A stretch of DNA of 47,811 bases from Candidatus Thalassarchaeaceae archaeon (GTDB lineage: Archaea > Thermoplasmatota > Poseidoniia > Poseidoniales > Thalassarchaeaceae): contig JAQXEV010000034.1 in NCBI GenBank assembly GCA_029250665.1, positions 1 to 47,811 of the forward strand, given 5' to 3'. Shown here piece by piece: positions 18,988-28,703 of this stretch. Position 1 is the first letter of the stretch. Every line of letters starts with the position of its first letter. The notes under the pieces were generated by a model. That model was not told the DNA's origin. It searched no databases and was given only the letters and a program-made list of their open reading frames with translations. Both the position numbers and the translations under genes were made by a program.

Positions 18988-19863
18988 ATGACAGAGCGCT
19001 CTCCGCTGATCGGTATTGCTCTTCTTTTCGCGCCGACCCTCTGCGTCGGCGCCCTCAGATTTGGTCTTCCAAATATCGAGACTCTGCTTAAGGAGGACCT
19101 AATTGCCCAAGCAATAATTCACGGCTTAGCCATCTTACTAGGTATTGTCATGTTTCTTCGCTACCGCGTGGTCGAGGATCACGAGTACCATCGCTCGAGC
19201 GCCATCAAGAATCTCTCAAGCATGTATCGTCTTGAGGACAAAGGCTTGTGGAATCGAGGAGATGATGCCATCGATCGCCTCGAGGCCCAGGCCCACAATC
19301 AACCAAAGGGCCGCGCGGGCTTACGCTTCCAACAAAGGATGACTGGCAAGGTTTCAGATTTGAATAAGGAACAATCCGAACTATATCTCGAACGCGATGA
19401 CTCACGTATGGAGATCGATGTTCAGGTGGAGGGTATGGCTACCATCGTCGACTCGGAAGTAGCCGATGAAGCCAATCCTGGAAAACTCACAGGTACGCTG
19501 GGGGCTAGCGCAGAAGCCTCAGCTCAACGTCGGCTCAACAAGGAAATCGCTCGTCGCGAGAAAGACTCAATCCGCAGCGAGAGACAGTCGGCCAAACTCG
19601 CTGCCAAGGAAGCCAAGGCCGCTGCCAAGGCAGAGAAAGCGGCTGCGAAGGCAGCAGCCAAGGCAGAGAAAGCAGCTGCGAAGGCGGCAAAGAAATCAGG
19701 TGGGCGAGAAGCAACTCAGGCGATGTGGGATGCTCCACCTGACAATCAATGGGAGACCCCATTACCATCTTCATTAGCAGAATCAGTCATATCATGCCAA
19801 GAATGTGGTGCGGTCAATAGTAGCGGCACGGCCTACTGCAGCAGTTGCGGCACTTTCCTCTGA
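18988..19863 (+). CDS. Two-TM membrane protein with Ala/Lys-rich helix and C-terminal zinc ribbon
   Basis: Two N-terminal TMs, AAAKAEKAAAK repeats and CQECGAVN...YCSSCG. TTCAAA 23 nt upstream supports the 18988 start. Confidence 0.75.
   Translation: MTERSPLIGIALLFAPTLCVGALRFGLPNIETLLKEDLIAQAIIHGLAILLGIVMFLRYRVVEDHEYHRSSAIKNLSSMYRLEDKGLWNRGDDAIDRLEAQAHNQPKGRAGLRFQQRMTGKVSDLNKEQSELYLERDDSRMEIDVQVEGMATIVDSEVADEANPGKLTGTLGASAEASAQRRLNKEIARREKDSIRSERQSAKLAAKEAKAAAKAEKAAAKAAAKAEKAAAKAAKKSGGREATQAMWDAPPDNQWETPLPSSLAESVISCQECGAVNSSGTAYCSSCGTFL
19618..19683 (+). repeat. 33-bp tandem duplication encoding AAAKAEKAAAK twice
   Basis: gccgctgccaaggcagagaaagcggctgcgaag followed by gcagcagccaaggcagagaaagcagctgcgaag. 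Confidence 0.8.
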
Positions 19864-19917
19864 GCACTCCGTTGGGTTGAAAACAGGCGTGTGGGAGCCG
19901 TTGAGCGTGGTGGTCCA

Positions 19918-21063
19918 GTGAGTCAGAAGCGGGATTACTACGAGGTTCTCGGTGTAAGCCGAAAAGCCTCGGATGCTGAATTGAAAAAGGCATTCCGTTC
20001 GATGGCTCGTAAGTTCCATCCTGACAAGAATCCTGACGATGCTGAGGCAGAGTCTAGTTTCAAGGAAGTACAGGAAGCATATGCGATTCTTTCGAACGCT
20101 GAAGAACGGCGAAAGTACGACATGTTCGGACATGAGAGGCCAGGAGGTTCGCCTTGGGGTTCTGGCGGCTTCCAAGGTGTCAACATCAGTTTCGACGATA
20201 TTTTCGGAGGGGGTTTTGACTCAATCTTTTCCTCTCTATTCGGCGGTGGCTCACGCCAACGCTCGAGCCGTGGTGCCGACCTTCTCGTACGGCATCTGGT
20301 GAGTTTTGAGGATGCCTTCAACGGAGTCGACGAAGAGCTTGAAATTGATGTGCTGAACCGCTGTTCTGGTTGTGAAGGGAGCGGTTCGGAGACCGCAGAT
20401 GGGATTCGAGTATGTCCGACGTGTGACGGTCGCGGTCGACTCACAAGGATCGAGCGTATTGGGCCATTCCATCAACAGGTCACTCAGGATTGCCGAGCTT
20501 GTGGCGGTGATGGCCGAATCATTCAGAATCCGTGTAAAGTTTGTTCGGGTGAAGGTAGGGCTGAACAATCGAAGAAGGTTCGATTTTCGGTACCCGCTGG
20601 CATCGATAGTGGTACGAGGCTGAGGCTTAGTGGGCATGGGGAGTCTTCGCGCTCGGAGAATGGTAGGTCTGGAAATCTCTACATCGAAATCGAAGTGCAG
20701 GAGCATGAATGGTTCGAGCGCGATGGACCCGATTTATTGATGGCTTTACCAGTCAGTTATGTCGATCTTGTTCTTGGCAATACGGTCGAGATTCCACATA
20801 TCGATGGTTCTCCGTTGAAGGTGCGAATCAAGGCTGGTTCGAAGCCTGGAGAGACGATTACCATCCTCGACCGTGGTCTGCCAATGGCGCGCGCCAGTCG
20901 CGGTCGTGGCGCTGTTATGGTTCTGCTCAAATTGGCCATCCCTGGAAAAATATCGCGGGCTACGAAGAAGCAATTGGAGCAGATGCGCGAGGAATTGGGT
21001 AGTGGGCATTCTGAGATCATCGATGACGTACTAGATGAGGCACGCAATCGGCGGCGCTCGTGA
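19918..21063 (+). CDS. dnaJ: Chaperone DnaJ
   Basis: RDYYEVLGV, HPD, G/F region, four CxxCxGxG motifs and C-terminal domain. Likely GTG start at 19918. Confidence 0.97.
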   Translation: MSQKRDYYEVLGVSRKASDAELKKAFRSMARKFHPDKNPDDAEAESSFKEVQEAYAILSNAEERRKYDMFGHERPGGSPWGSGGFQGVNISFDDIFGGGFDSIFSSLFGGGSRQRSSRGADLLVRHLVSFEDAFNGVDEELEIDVLNRCSGCEGSGSETADGIRVCPTCDGRGRLTRIERIGPFHQQVTQDCRACGGDGRIIQNPCKVCSGEGRAEQSKKVRFSVPAGIDSGTRLRLSGHGESSRSENGRSGNLYIEIEVQEHEWFERDGPDLLMALPVSYVDLVLGNTVEIPHIDGSPLKVRIKAGSKPGETITILDRGLPMARASRGRGAVMVLLKLAIPGKISRATKKQLEQMREELGSGHSEIIDDVLDEARNRRRS

Positions 21064-21087
21064 ATCAATTCGAGTAATTCGCTACTC

Positions 21088-23235
21088 TCAATCCCATTCA
21101 AGAGCTCGATTTGGTACTGCAGCGAGAGGTTCACCATCAACTAGTCCTGAGAGGTGGAAGCCGATGTTAGATGGTTCACCTTCGAGGGTTAGACGTAGGA
21201 AGGTACGGCTGCCCGATTGAAGAGTGTCAAGGAAGATTTCGTCGCCTTGGAATAGGTGTTGGGGCGATACAGCGCCGATACTGACGGTAGCTCCTTCCGG
21301 CGCGTGGACGCGCATTGCAGCGAGTTCCCATGGTGAGTTGGCGATGCGGATTCCAAGTAGCATTGTCGCATCGCCCTCGCTTATCCTCCAAGCACAGATT
21401 TCGACTTGTTCGGTATTGTGGCGCAGTAACGGCTCTCCCCAATCGGCGACGACCGCTTGCCAGGGGCTGTCGCCGAGTTGATGCAGGGCAGAATCGATGA
21501 CTTGCTCGTCAATTTCTTCCGCGGCCAACAGGCTGGTTAGGCGCTCGCGTAGGCGGCGCAGACGACGGCGTTCATGGTTTTCGATCTCGATATCACTGAC
21601 TCCAGAACTCCAGCGCTTACGATTCCAGAAGATTACCAAAAACGCTGGTGCGATGAGGAAGGCGCCAGCGAAGACGTAGTAATTGGTGAAAAGTCCAGAT
21701 TGATCGACGAAATCAGCTAATTCAGGCTCGGTGATTTCACCTGCGTTGACGAGTGTGAAATCATAGTAAGTCAGGCTGGCTTCACCGAGTTTCTCGACGC
21801 GGATTGCGTGAGTTCCGGGTGGGGCATCAATTAACCCCCCCGTCGAGCTGTTGAGAATCGTCCAGGTTGTTTGGTCGAGCACGAGGATTTGGTAGCGAAC
21901 AGGTTGTGATGTGTCGGCGTCCACGTGTAATCTGGAGCCGTTTGCTTCTGTCACCTCGAAAGCGAAGACATCGACGTATTCGTCATCCGACATCCTCGCT
22001 TCGATGTTTTCGTCAAATCCGAGCGATGGCCAGAGAGATAAGTCATCGGAATCGGTCCAGAGTCTATCTGGTGCGTCTCCCATCTGGCCCGCGTCTCCAG
22101 CTGGATATTCATTCATTCGAACGTTCCATGAGGAGAGTTCATCCGAGGTCATTCGAAACTCTAGGGCTGAAGTTCCAGCCGGAGTTTCAAAGTGGTCGGG
22201 GCAATTATCGGCTTCATTCTCTAGAGGTGTAGCCAATCCCTCTGAATCGATACTGAGGACTTCGAAAGTGACCGAATCATCATCACTCCAGCAATTGAGG
22301 AAGACGCTCATGCGACCAACCACTTCGACTCTGACAGCATCTCCTTCATCGTCTGAGGAGGAAATCCAGCCATCGAAACCGTCGGCGTTTCCATCAGGGA
22401 ATGGTAGTGCGTTCTGTTCTCCCCAAGGGTTAGACAATTCTCCCCAAGATGCTTCGAGGGTGACCGCTCTTCGCATCACATACAATTCGTAGGCTGCGAA
22501 GCCTGCATCTGAGTCTTGCTTGATTCGCAACCATAGGGCCCCATCCTCTGGATATTCGAAGTGGAACCAGCCCTCGTCATCTGCTTCATAGGGATCGAGC
22601 AAGGTCTTCGTCGAGTCATTTCGAAGCCAGAATTCTAGTTCGGCGGACTCAGGCATTAACGGCCAAGGTATGATGATGTAATCGCCGGCTTGGCCGAGAA
22701 TCTCAATCGAATCCTTGTCTGAGCCATCTTCTAGAGATCCGACAATCCATTGGCTTCCAGAGAGTGGTTCTGAATGGCAGTCATCGATTGGGCAATTCCA
22801 AGTGGAGTCGATAATTTCCTGTTCGACAGAAATTCCCGGGCTCGGTACATTGTCCAGCCAATCTGTGTCTTCTTTCATCAGAGCGTTGTTGATATCGGGA
22901 GTACTCATCTCAAACCAGAGGTCGGATTGTTCGGTGCCTTGATCCGCAGTGAGTTGAAAACTGACGTTTCCAGAGGCATGGAAAGATAGTTCGACACGTA
23001 TCGAATCTTCGACAGAGTAATTCCCCTGAGGTGTGCTAACGTTGAGATGAAGACCAGGGCACGAGTCTTTCATGCACAAAATTCGGATGAAAACTGGATG
23101 CGGCTCACTGAAATGCACGGTTGAATCAATCAGAGTGACTGACTCGTCGTCTCCTCCGCTTTGTGCGGAGGCGTTCGCTGCAGTTCCAACTAGGAGTATG
23201 AGCAGCACGAGGAGGGTGGTAGCGGTGCGACTCAC
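21088..23235 (-). CDS. Single-pass membrane protein with extracellular PPC-like beta-sandwich repeats and a cytoplasmic domain
   Basis: Signal peptide; repeated DxxD-hydrophobic motifs (DKDSIEI, EGDAVRV, YVDVFAF); TM YYVFAGAFLIAPAFLVIFW; about 175-aa C-terminal domain. Confidence 0.7.
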   Translation of the reverse strand: MSRTATTLLVLLILLVGTAANASAQSGGDDESVTLIDSTVHFSEPHPVFIRILCMKDSCPGLHLNVSTPQGNYSVEDSIRVELSFHASGNVSFQLTADQGTEQSDLWFEMSTPDINNALMKEDTDWLDNVPSPGISVEQEIIDSTWNCPIDDCHSEPLSGSQWIVGSLEDGSDKDSIEILGQAGDYIIIPWPLMPESAELEFWLRNDSTKTLLDPYEADDEGWFHFEYPEDGALWLRIKQDSDAGFAAYELYVMRRAVTLEASWGELSNPWGEQNALPFPDGNADGFDGWISSSDDEGDAVRVEVVGRMSVFLNCWSDDDSVTFEVLSIDSEGLATPLENEADNCPDHFETPAGTSALEFRMTSDELSSWNVRMNEYPAGDAGQMGDAPDRLWTDSDDLSLWPSLGFDENIEARMSDDEYVDVFAFEVTEANGSRLHVDADTSQPVRYQILVLDQTTWTILNSSTGGLIDAPPGTHAIRVEKLGEASLTYYDFTLVNAGEITEPELADFVDQSGLFTNYYVFAGAFLIAPAFLVIFWNRKRWSSGVSDIEIENHERRRLRRLRERLTSLLAAEEIDEQVIDSALHQLGDSPWQAVVADWGEPLLRHNTEQVEICAWRISEGDATMLLGIRIANSPWELAAMRVHAPEGATVSIGAVSPQHLFQGDEIFLDTLQSGSRTFLRLTLEGEPSNIGFHLSGLVDGEPLAAVPNRALEWD

Positions 23236-23297
23236 GGCCCTTCGGGCCGGCTTCTCCCTTAGAATCCTTCAAGCGAACCGCATCGCTGGCGCGCTCG

Positions 23298-25103
23298 ATG
23301 AGCGACGATGCTGGTGAGCGGCCGCTGGCGCGCGGTGTTGCCGCGCGGCAGCGTTTTGCGCGTATTTTTGCGCTTGGAGACCGTAGGTCTCCTTCTTCAT
23401 GGACCCCTGGACTTGTCTTGGGCCCGACTGATCCCGAACTTCCCCTCTCGATGGCTGCATTCAGAGTCAATAGGGATGCGAGTACCATTCCAGCGACGAT
23501 GTCGATGGATGTGCTCGATGATTTGTGCCTGCCATTCGGTGGTTTGGAAACCTGGCAGGCAGAAGAGGGATTGATTTTGCCTTCTAGCCTAGTCGATTCA
23601 GACAGTGGCTCGAAGTCGGCAGGAGTTCAGCTGCTACCCGTCTCATGGCAATCTCTCCACCACGATGTTGACCTCCTCGAAGAGGGGCTCGAACCATCGG
23701 TAATCGCCCTCATCGACGCCCCTCAATTAGCCGAGCGCCCAGGCAAATTAATCCAAGCTATCGACGCGATTCGTCGCCGATTCACCACCTCGTTGATCTA
23801 CACTCCCGGAATCGGCGGACCGGACAATTGCGCCCTCCTTACTTGGATGGGTGTCGACCTTTTCGACCTCTCTCGCTCGCACGAAGCCGCCTCTAGAGGT
23901 GTGTTGCTCACCGAAGACGGTCCTAGAGAGGTCGAATCAACAATGGGCGAATCAACAGGCATTGAAACTCAGATTGAGGCCTGGCAGAGATCGCTTGCAT
24001 CAACTCGTTCAGCCATCCGCGACGGAACCATTCGCCAACTCACGGAAAGGCAAGCGCTCTCCAGTCCGCGCTCAGTAGAGCGCTTACGCCGTCACGATTT
24101 GATGATGAGCGAGAAGGCGATCGATGATTCGGGCCAAGCAGCCCTCGCAAGCGCGGTCAAACGGGGTATCCGCTTGCGTTGCCATTCCTACGCCAGCCGC
24201 GACGATCCAATCATCAGTGAATGGCGACGAAGAGTAGCCGAAGATCATACTCCACCAACTCACCAATCGAAGGCAATAGTCCTCCTCCCATGTTCAGCTA
24301 AGAAGCCCTACCGACTTTCCCAATCCCATCGAAGATTCCAACGTGCTGTCACCACCAGAGGCATCCACGAGGTAATGGTCACCGCACCGCTCGGGCTCGT
24401 CCCTCGTGAACTCGAAGATATCTGGCCAGCGGCCCATTACGACATCCCAGTCACAGGGGATTGGGATGTCGATGAGCTAAGGGTCATCAGAAGCATGGTG
24501 GAAGAATATACCACTCGCAACGGATATCAGCGAATCATCAATCATTCAGGTATTGATCTCAAAGCAGGAAACATCGAGGTTATCGATACACGCCAAGGCG
24601 AGTCCGCAGGTTCTCAAAACTCGATTGATAGACTTGGACAAGCCATCAGCCAAGCTGCCCAAGATCTCAAACTTCCAAATCCTAAAGAGAGCCTTCACCG
24701 GCTTGGCAAGCTCAAGGCATTTTCAAGATTCCAACATGGGACCGACGCATGGCTTGAGGGAGCAAGGGTCAGCGGCAGACCGCCGATATTCAGGATCGAC
24801 CGTGAAGGCACACAGATAGCATTGTGGAATCCACATAGCGGTCGCTTCTCATTCTCCAAAGCGGCACTCCCCTCGCTAGCCGAACACAAGACTCTACCAT
24901 GCGTCGAACTAACCGCAGAAGCCGACTGGCGCGGGGACCTATTTTCCACCAATATCATCCACTCTGACCCCGCAATCCGCGTTGGCGATGAATTGCTTGT
25001 CTACCAGAACGGCGAACTCGTCGGAAGTGCACGAGCCGAGGCTGCGGGGTGGGAATGGCCCAATGGACCGGGAAGGTTGGCGAAAGCACAACACCGTCTG
25101 TGA
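23298..25103 (+). CDS. arcS: Archaeosine synthase alpha subunit (TgtA2/ArcS) with C-terminal PUA domain
   Basis: TGT-like MGVDLFD, LLPCSAKKPY, PLGLVPRELE and PAAHYDIPVTG motifs; PUA-like DPAIRVGDELLV...VGSA. Confidence 0.85.
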   Translation: MSDDAGERPLARGVAARQRFARIFALGDRRSPSSWTPGLVLGPTDPELPLSMAAFRVNRDASTIPATMSMDVLDDLCLPFGGLETWQAEEGLILPSSLVDSDSGSKSAGVQLLPVSWQSLHHDVDLLEEGLEPSVIALIDAPQLAERPGKLIQAIDAIRRRFTTSLIYTPGIGGPDNCALLTWMGVDLFDLSRSHEAASRGVLLTEDGPREVESTMGESTGIETQIEAWQRSLASTRSAIRDGTIRQLTERQALSSPRSVERLRRHDLMMSEKAIDDSGQAALASAVKRGIRLRCHSYASRDDPIISEWRRRVAEDHTPPTHQSKAIVLLPCSAKKPYRLSQSHRRFQRAVTTRGIHEVMVTAPLGLVPRELEDIWPAAHYDIPVTGDWDVDELRVIRSMVEEYTTRNGYQRIINHSGIDLKAGNIEVIDTRQGESAGSQNSIDRLGQAISQAAQDLKLPNPKESLHRLGKLKAFSRFQHGTDAWLEGARVSGRPPIFRIDREGTQIALWNPHSGRFSFSKAALPSLAEHKTLPCVELTAEADWRGDLFSTNIIHSDPAIRVGDELLVYQNGELVGSARAEAAGWEWPNGPGRLAKAQHRL

Positions 25104-25178
25104 CTCAACACCCTACGGGTGATATGCGTAGCGATTAAAGAGGGGCAGCAGGTCGGCGAGCCGCTTGAGGTGACCTGA

Positions 25179-25634
25179 ATGGCTCGAATGCACAGTAAGG
25201 GAAAGGGAAAGAGTGGCTCTGACAAGCCCAATTCGAACGCCGCTCCCGAGTGGTCAGAGTCTGACAAGGAAACCGTTGAGGCTCTTATTCTCAAGTTGTC
25301 AGGTGAAGGCCACTCGACAGCTATGATTGGCACAATCCTGCGTGACCAGCATGCAGTTCCTGATGTCCGCCTCGTCACCGGCGAGCGCATTGCCCAGACT
25401 CTTGCTCGCAACAATATTGGCGGCAAGTACCCTGAGGACATGATGAATCTCATGCGCCAAGCACTGAGAATGATTGACCACCTCAACTCCAACCGAAAGG
25501 ACCTGCACAACCGCAGGCAACTCGAACTCACTGAGTCGCGCATCCGCCGACTCGCTCGCTACTACCAAGACTCTGGCCGACTTGAGTCGGAATGGGCCTA
25601 CAAGCGAGACCAACTCCGCCTGATGGTCGAGTGA
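25179..25634 (+). CDS. rps15: 30S ribosomal protein S15 (uS15)
   Basis: MARMH, GKSGS, IGTILRDQ and ESRIRRLARYY motifs. SD GAGGTGA at 25167-25173. Confidence 0.97.
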   Translation: MARMHSKGKGKSGSDKPNSNAAPEWSESDKETVEALILKLSGEGHSTAMIGTILRDQHAVPDVRLVTGERIAQTLARNNIGGKYPEDMMNLMRQALRMIDHLNSNRKDLHNRRQLELTESRIRRLARYYQDSGRLESEWAYKRDQLRLMVE

Positions 25635-25709
25635 GCTGCTCTTACGCAGTCCTCGCAGGGACGGATTCACAGCGATGGGGATTTGAACCAGCGCTGTCAA
25701 GCGTGGTTG

Positions 25710-26579
25710 ATGCGTCAGTTGGTTGAGGCCGAGCAGTTCGCTTCTGTGGCCTCGACTCTTGTGGATGCCGCAGCGGGTATCCGTGCTCATGGTGGCACAG
25801 TGATGCTATTGGCGGCACCTTCGCTCATGGGAGCGCTGAGCTTGGCCCCGTTGGAGGCGGCGATGCTAGACCTTGGTCTGCCCTATCGCCGCCGATTCAG
25901 ATTACAGGCCTCGGGAGAAGGGGCTTTGATTCACGTGATGGGTCCGGGACAGGATTCGGGGCCAGATTACGCCGGCGAACCACCTCGTTTGATTCTCGCC
26001 GGACAAGTTGTTGAGGGATTGCAGGGTTCTTCTGGCGATCCGAGGCGTGGGCCACTGACTACCGTTGCTCAGGCCCATGCGCTTGCACAAGCGCTTGCAC
26101 CTGGAGGTATGCGCGTGCGTAGAATGCGTCCATGGCTACTCTCTGGAAATTGGCTACATTCAGCCCTGGATACGACTTACGATCCGGTATTCACTGCCCT
26201 ACGAGACCTGCTCGTTGAGGAGGGTTCAGCCCGAGTCGTAGCAATGCCGGAGGTAACTACCGTAGAACTCTCGAATACTCCTTGGGTCGAGGAATTAGCT
26301 CTCGACGCAATCTCAGGCAAGTGGTCTGAACTCGATATGGAGGGTCGGGCTCGAGCCCTCTCACACCTGATGCGACCAGCCCTCGTCCGCTCAACTCCAT
26401 CCACCGCGCGCATGGAAGAACTTGGCTGGCACCGCGTCGTCGGGCTTGATTGGGATAGTGACCTCGCATCCGAGATTGTGCGCGCTGCGTCGCTGTGGAA
26501 GGATAATCCAGCAGCAACAGCCGCTCACACTTTCGTCGATTCGCTGCTCACTACTGGTAGAGCGCCTGTGCGTGAGTGA
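25710..26579 (+). CDS. Hypothetical protein, probable degenerate DHH/RecJ-like
   Basis: Directly after rps15, where archaea commonly encode a RecJ-like DHH protein. The N-terminus mirrors the DHH beta-alpha pattern but DxDG/DHH motifs are absent. TTTGAA lies 22 nt before ATG 25710. Confidence 0.6.
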   Translation: MRQLVEAEQFASVASTLVDAAAGIRAHGGTVMLLAAPSLMGALSLAPLEAAMLDLGLPYRRRFRLQASGEGALIHVMGPGQDSGPDYAGEPPRLILAGQVVEGLQGSSGDPRRGPLTTVAQAHALAQALAPGGMRVRRMRPWLLSGNWLHSALDTTYDPVFTALRDLLVEEGSARVVAMPEVTTVELSNTPWVEELALDAISGKWSELDMEGRARALSHLMRPALVRSTPSTARMEELGWHRVVGLDWDSDLASEIVRAASLWKDNPAATAAHTFVDSLLTTGRAPVRE

Positions 26580-26582
26580 GAC

Positions 26583-28586
26583 TCACTCTAGCCGCAGCGT
26601 CGCTTCGCAGCCTTCACAATCTAGCCGCAGCGGTCGCACATCGGATTCAACAGGATTCGAAACACCACACTTCGGACATTCGACGTGCGCATTTGCGCTT
26701 CGCTTCTTCCCTCTGCTTTCGAGAATCTCAGAGCGCGGAGATACCAAAGCCACAGGGAAGACCAGCAACATACTCGATGCGACCACACCCAGAACGAATG
26801 GCATGTCTAGTCCAAGAACGTAGAGCGCCAAAGCGAGTCCACCAAGAACTACGACTGTCAGCATCGAAGGAACCTTTGCGCGCTTGCGCGTCATCAGTAG
26901 CCCCAAGCCAAGAGCAAGCACTAGCATGAAGACTGAGACCATCGCCGACACAAGCGGCGAGTACAACGCTCCACCGCTCGGAACAAACTCGACTCGGAAG
27001 GATTTCTCTGGATCTAATTCAACCTCGTCGATGATGATTATTTCGAGGAGAATCCAGCGGCGGTGCTTGGCATCGATATCCTCAGCCGCCACGCCACCTA
27101 ATCCTTGCAAGGCAGTCGAGCGTATCTCGACATAAAGCTCGACATCATCGTAGAGGTCATCATCACTCGGTCTGATGAAATTCTCAATCAATTGTTGTCG
27201 CTCACCCGCTTCGACTTGATGCGACGTATCTATGGTGATAGTCACACTTTCTGAACTGAAAGAGCGGGTGTGACCCAGATCTATCGTGATGTCAGTGGGT
27301 CCAAGATTCACTGGATTTACGCCAAGAATAGACTCTGCGTCGAGGTAAAGTCCGTTGGCGAGGAAGGATTTCATGTCGGTTGCTGAGCCAATCAGGTGGC
27401 TTTGTAGGGCGGCTAATTCAGAATCATCAACCTGGCCGTTGTGGAAGTCAGAACTAGGAATTGAATCTGAATAGGTTCGCAAGTTCCTCCACCAGCTATT
27501 GGAAGAGAGACTATTGTTACCGATATTGTCGAGTCCCCATCGAACCCATTGTGACATGGCTCCGTCGAATTCGATAGTCACCACTCGGTCTACACTATCT
27601 CCATCAAAGTGGGCGTCTACATCCAAGGACAGACTCGTGCCACCGGTTCGCAGTGGTTCTGCTCCTGGATACCATCCACCTGAGCCCGAACCGCCCGAAC
27701 CGGCTGTGATGTCATAGGTGCGGTTCGCCTCTATTCTGAGAGCTGTTTGTGGAATAAGATGGAATTCTATGCGATATGTCCCGGAGTCGACACTCTCAGG
27801 AATTTGCCAGGCAAATGTCACCTCGACTCCGTTATTTGTTGGAGTTGCAATCGGGCTATCTGTAATTGCTGCACTAGCCACACTCATACCACCAGAGGAG
27901 GCTGACCACATACGGTCGCCGAAGCCAGACTTGAGTAGGACTGGGAAGTAAACGAGACGATCGTTGACGCTCGGCTCCTTCATGTCGATGCTGACGATAG
28001 GGAATTTCATCGACATGCGACCGGCGTATTCGTCAGTTCCCCAGACGAAGCGGATACCTGCATCGTCACCGGGGCTGGAGAATGAGAGGCTGCGGACTGA
28101 GAAGGTGACCTTCACTTCGTCACCCTCGCGGACTTCACCGGCTTCGACGTTAATCGGAATGACAACTTCTCCACTATTGGTCAAGAAGAGGCCAGCGCCG
28201 GCATCGCCTTCGAAGTAGGTGCTGCCGATGTTGACGCCGACGGTTGCGTTGATCTGGATGCCGGCGGCGGATTCAACCTCGTATGGAATTCGGAATTCCC
28301 AGGTTGCGTCTGGATAGTCCCCTTGCAGGCCCCAAGTGACGTCCCATGAGCCGATTTCGACGAGACCTTGGATAGATGGTGTAACGAATTGTTCGAATTC
28401 TTCGTCAAGGTCCGAGTCGAAGGGAGAGAGGGAACCATCGTCGGCGCTGCCAATCAGATAGACGTCGACTTCCTGCGAGGCGCAGCAAGAACCGTCTGCG
28501 TCTGCAGCAGCCGGAGAATAGGGCAGGCTGACGAGTAGCAGCATCGCTGTTAGAAGGACGATTCGGGACCGCTCAGTGCTGCTCAT
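26583..28586 (-). CDS. Exported-domain membrane protein with three C-terminal TMs and a zinc ribbon
   Basis: Signal peptide, beta-rich ectodomain, three TMs and terminal CPKCG...CEGC. TTGAAG lies 25 nt upstream of ATG 28586. Confidence 0.75.
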   Translation of the reverse strand: MSSTERSRIVLLTAMLLLVSLPYSPAAADADGSCCASQEVDVYLIGSADDGSLSPFDSDLDEEFEQFVTPSIQGLVEIGSWDVTWGLQGDYPDATWEFRIPYEVESAAGIQINATVGVNIGSTYFEGDAGAGLFLTNSGEVVIPINVEAGEVREGDEVKVTFSVRSLSFSSPGDDAGIRFVWGTDEYAGRMSMKFPIVSIDMKEPSVNDRLVYFPVLLKSGFGDRMWSASSGGMSVASAAITDSPIATPTNNGVEVTFAWQIPESVDSGTYRIEFHLIPQTALRIEANRTYDITAGSGGSGSGGWYPGAEPLRTGGTSLSLDVDAHFDGDSVDRVVTIEFDGAMSQWVRWGLDNIGNNSLSSNSWWRNLRTYSDSIPSSDFHNGQVDDSELAALQSHLIGSATDMKSFLANGLYLDAESILGVNPVNLGPTDITIDLGHTRSFSSESVTITIDTSHQVEAGERQQLIENFIRPSDDDLYDDVELYVEIRSTALQGLGGVAAEDIDAKHRRWILLEIIIIDEVELDPEKSFRVEFVPSGGALYSPLVSAMVSVFMLVLALGLGLLMTRKRAKVPSMLTVVVLGGLALALYVLGLDMPFVLGVVASSMLLVFPVALVSPRSEILESRGKKRSANAHVECPKCGVSNPVESDVRPLRLDCEGCEATLRLE

Positions 28587-28703
28587 CGTGCCCACTGGTT
28601 GGCTTTCTGACCTTCAATGCGACCCTTGAGGGCTCCCTAGAGGGCACATTCTTGCTATCGGCGCCGAAGGCGCCGCACGCGTAGGCGAGGCCAGAAGTGA
28701 TTC

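Noticed and set aside
19918..21063. dnaJ without adjacent dnaK/grpE, and pheT without pheS
   Set aside because: Split arrangements are common in archaea, and the partners may lie outside the window.
25149..25177. CAGGTC/GACCTG stem enclosing the rps15 SD (possible autoregulatory leader)
   Set aside because: With TTAAA at 25135-25139 the TSS would be near 25162, which excludes the 5' arm from the transcript. The stem is also short.
25670..25695. GGGATTTGAACC, the reverse complement of a tRNA T-loop-like GGTTCAAATCCC
   Set aside because: The T-stem does not pair and no cloverleaf forms. It is better explained as the TATA-like box of the downstream gene.
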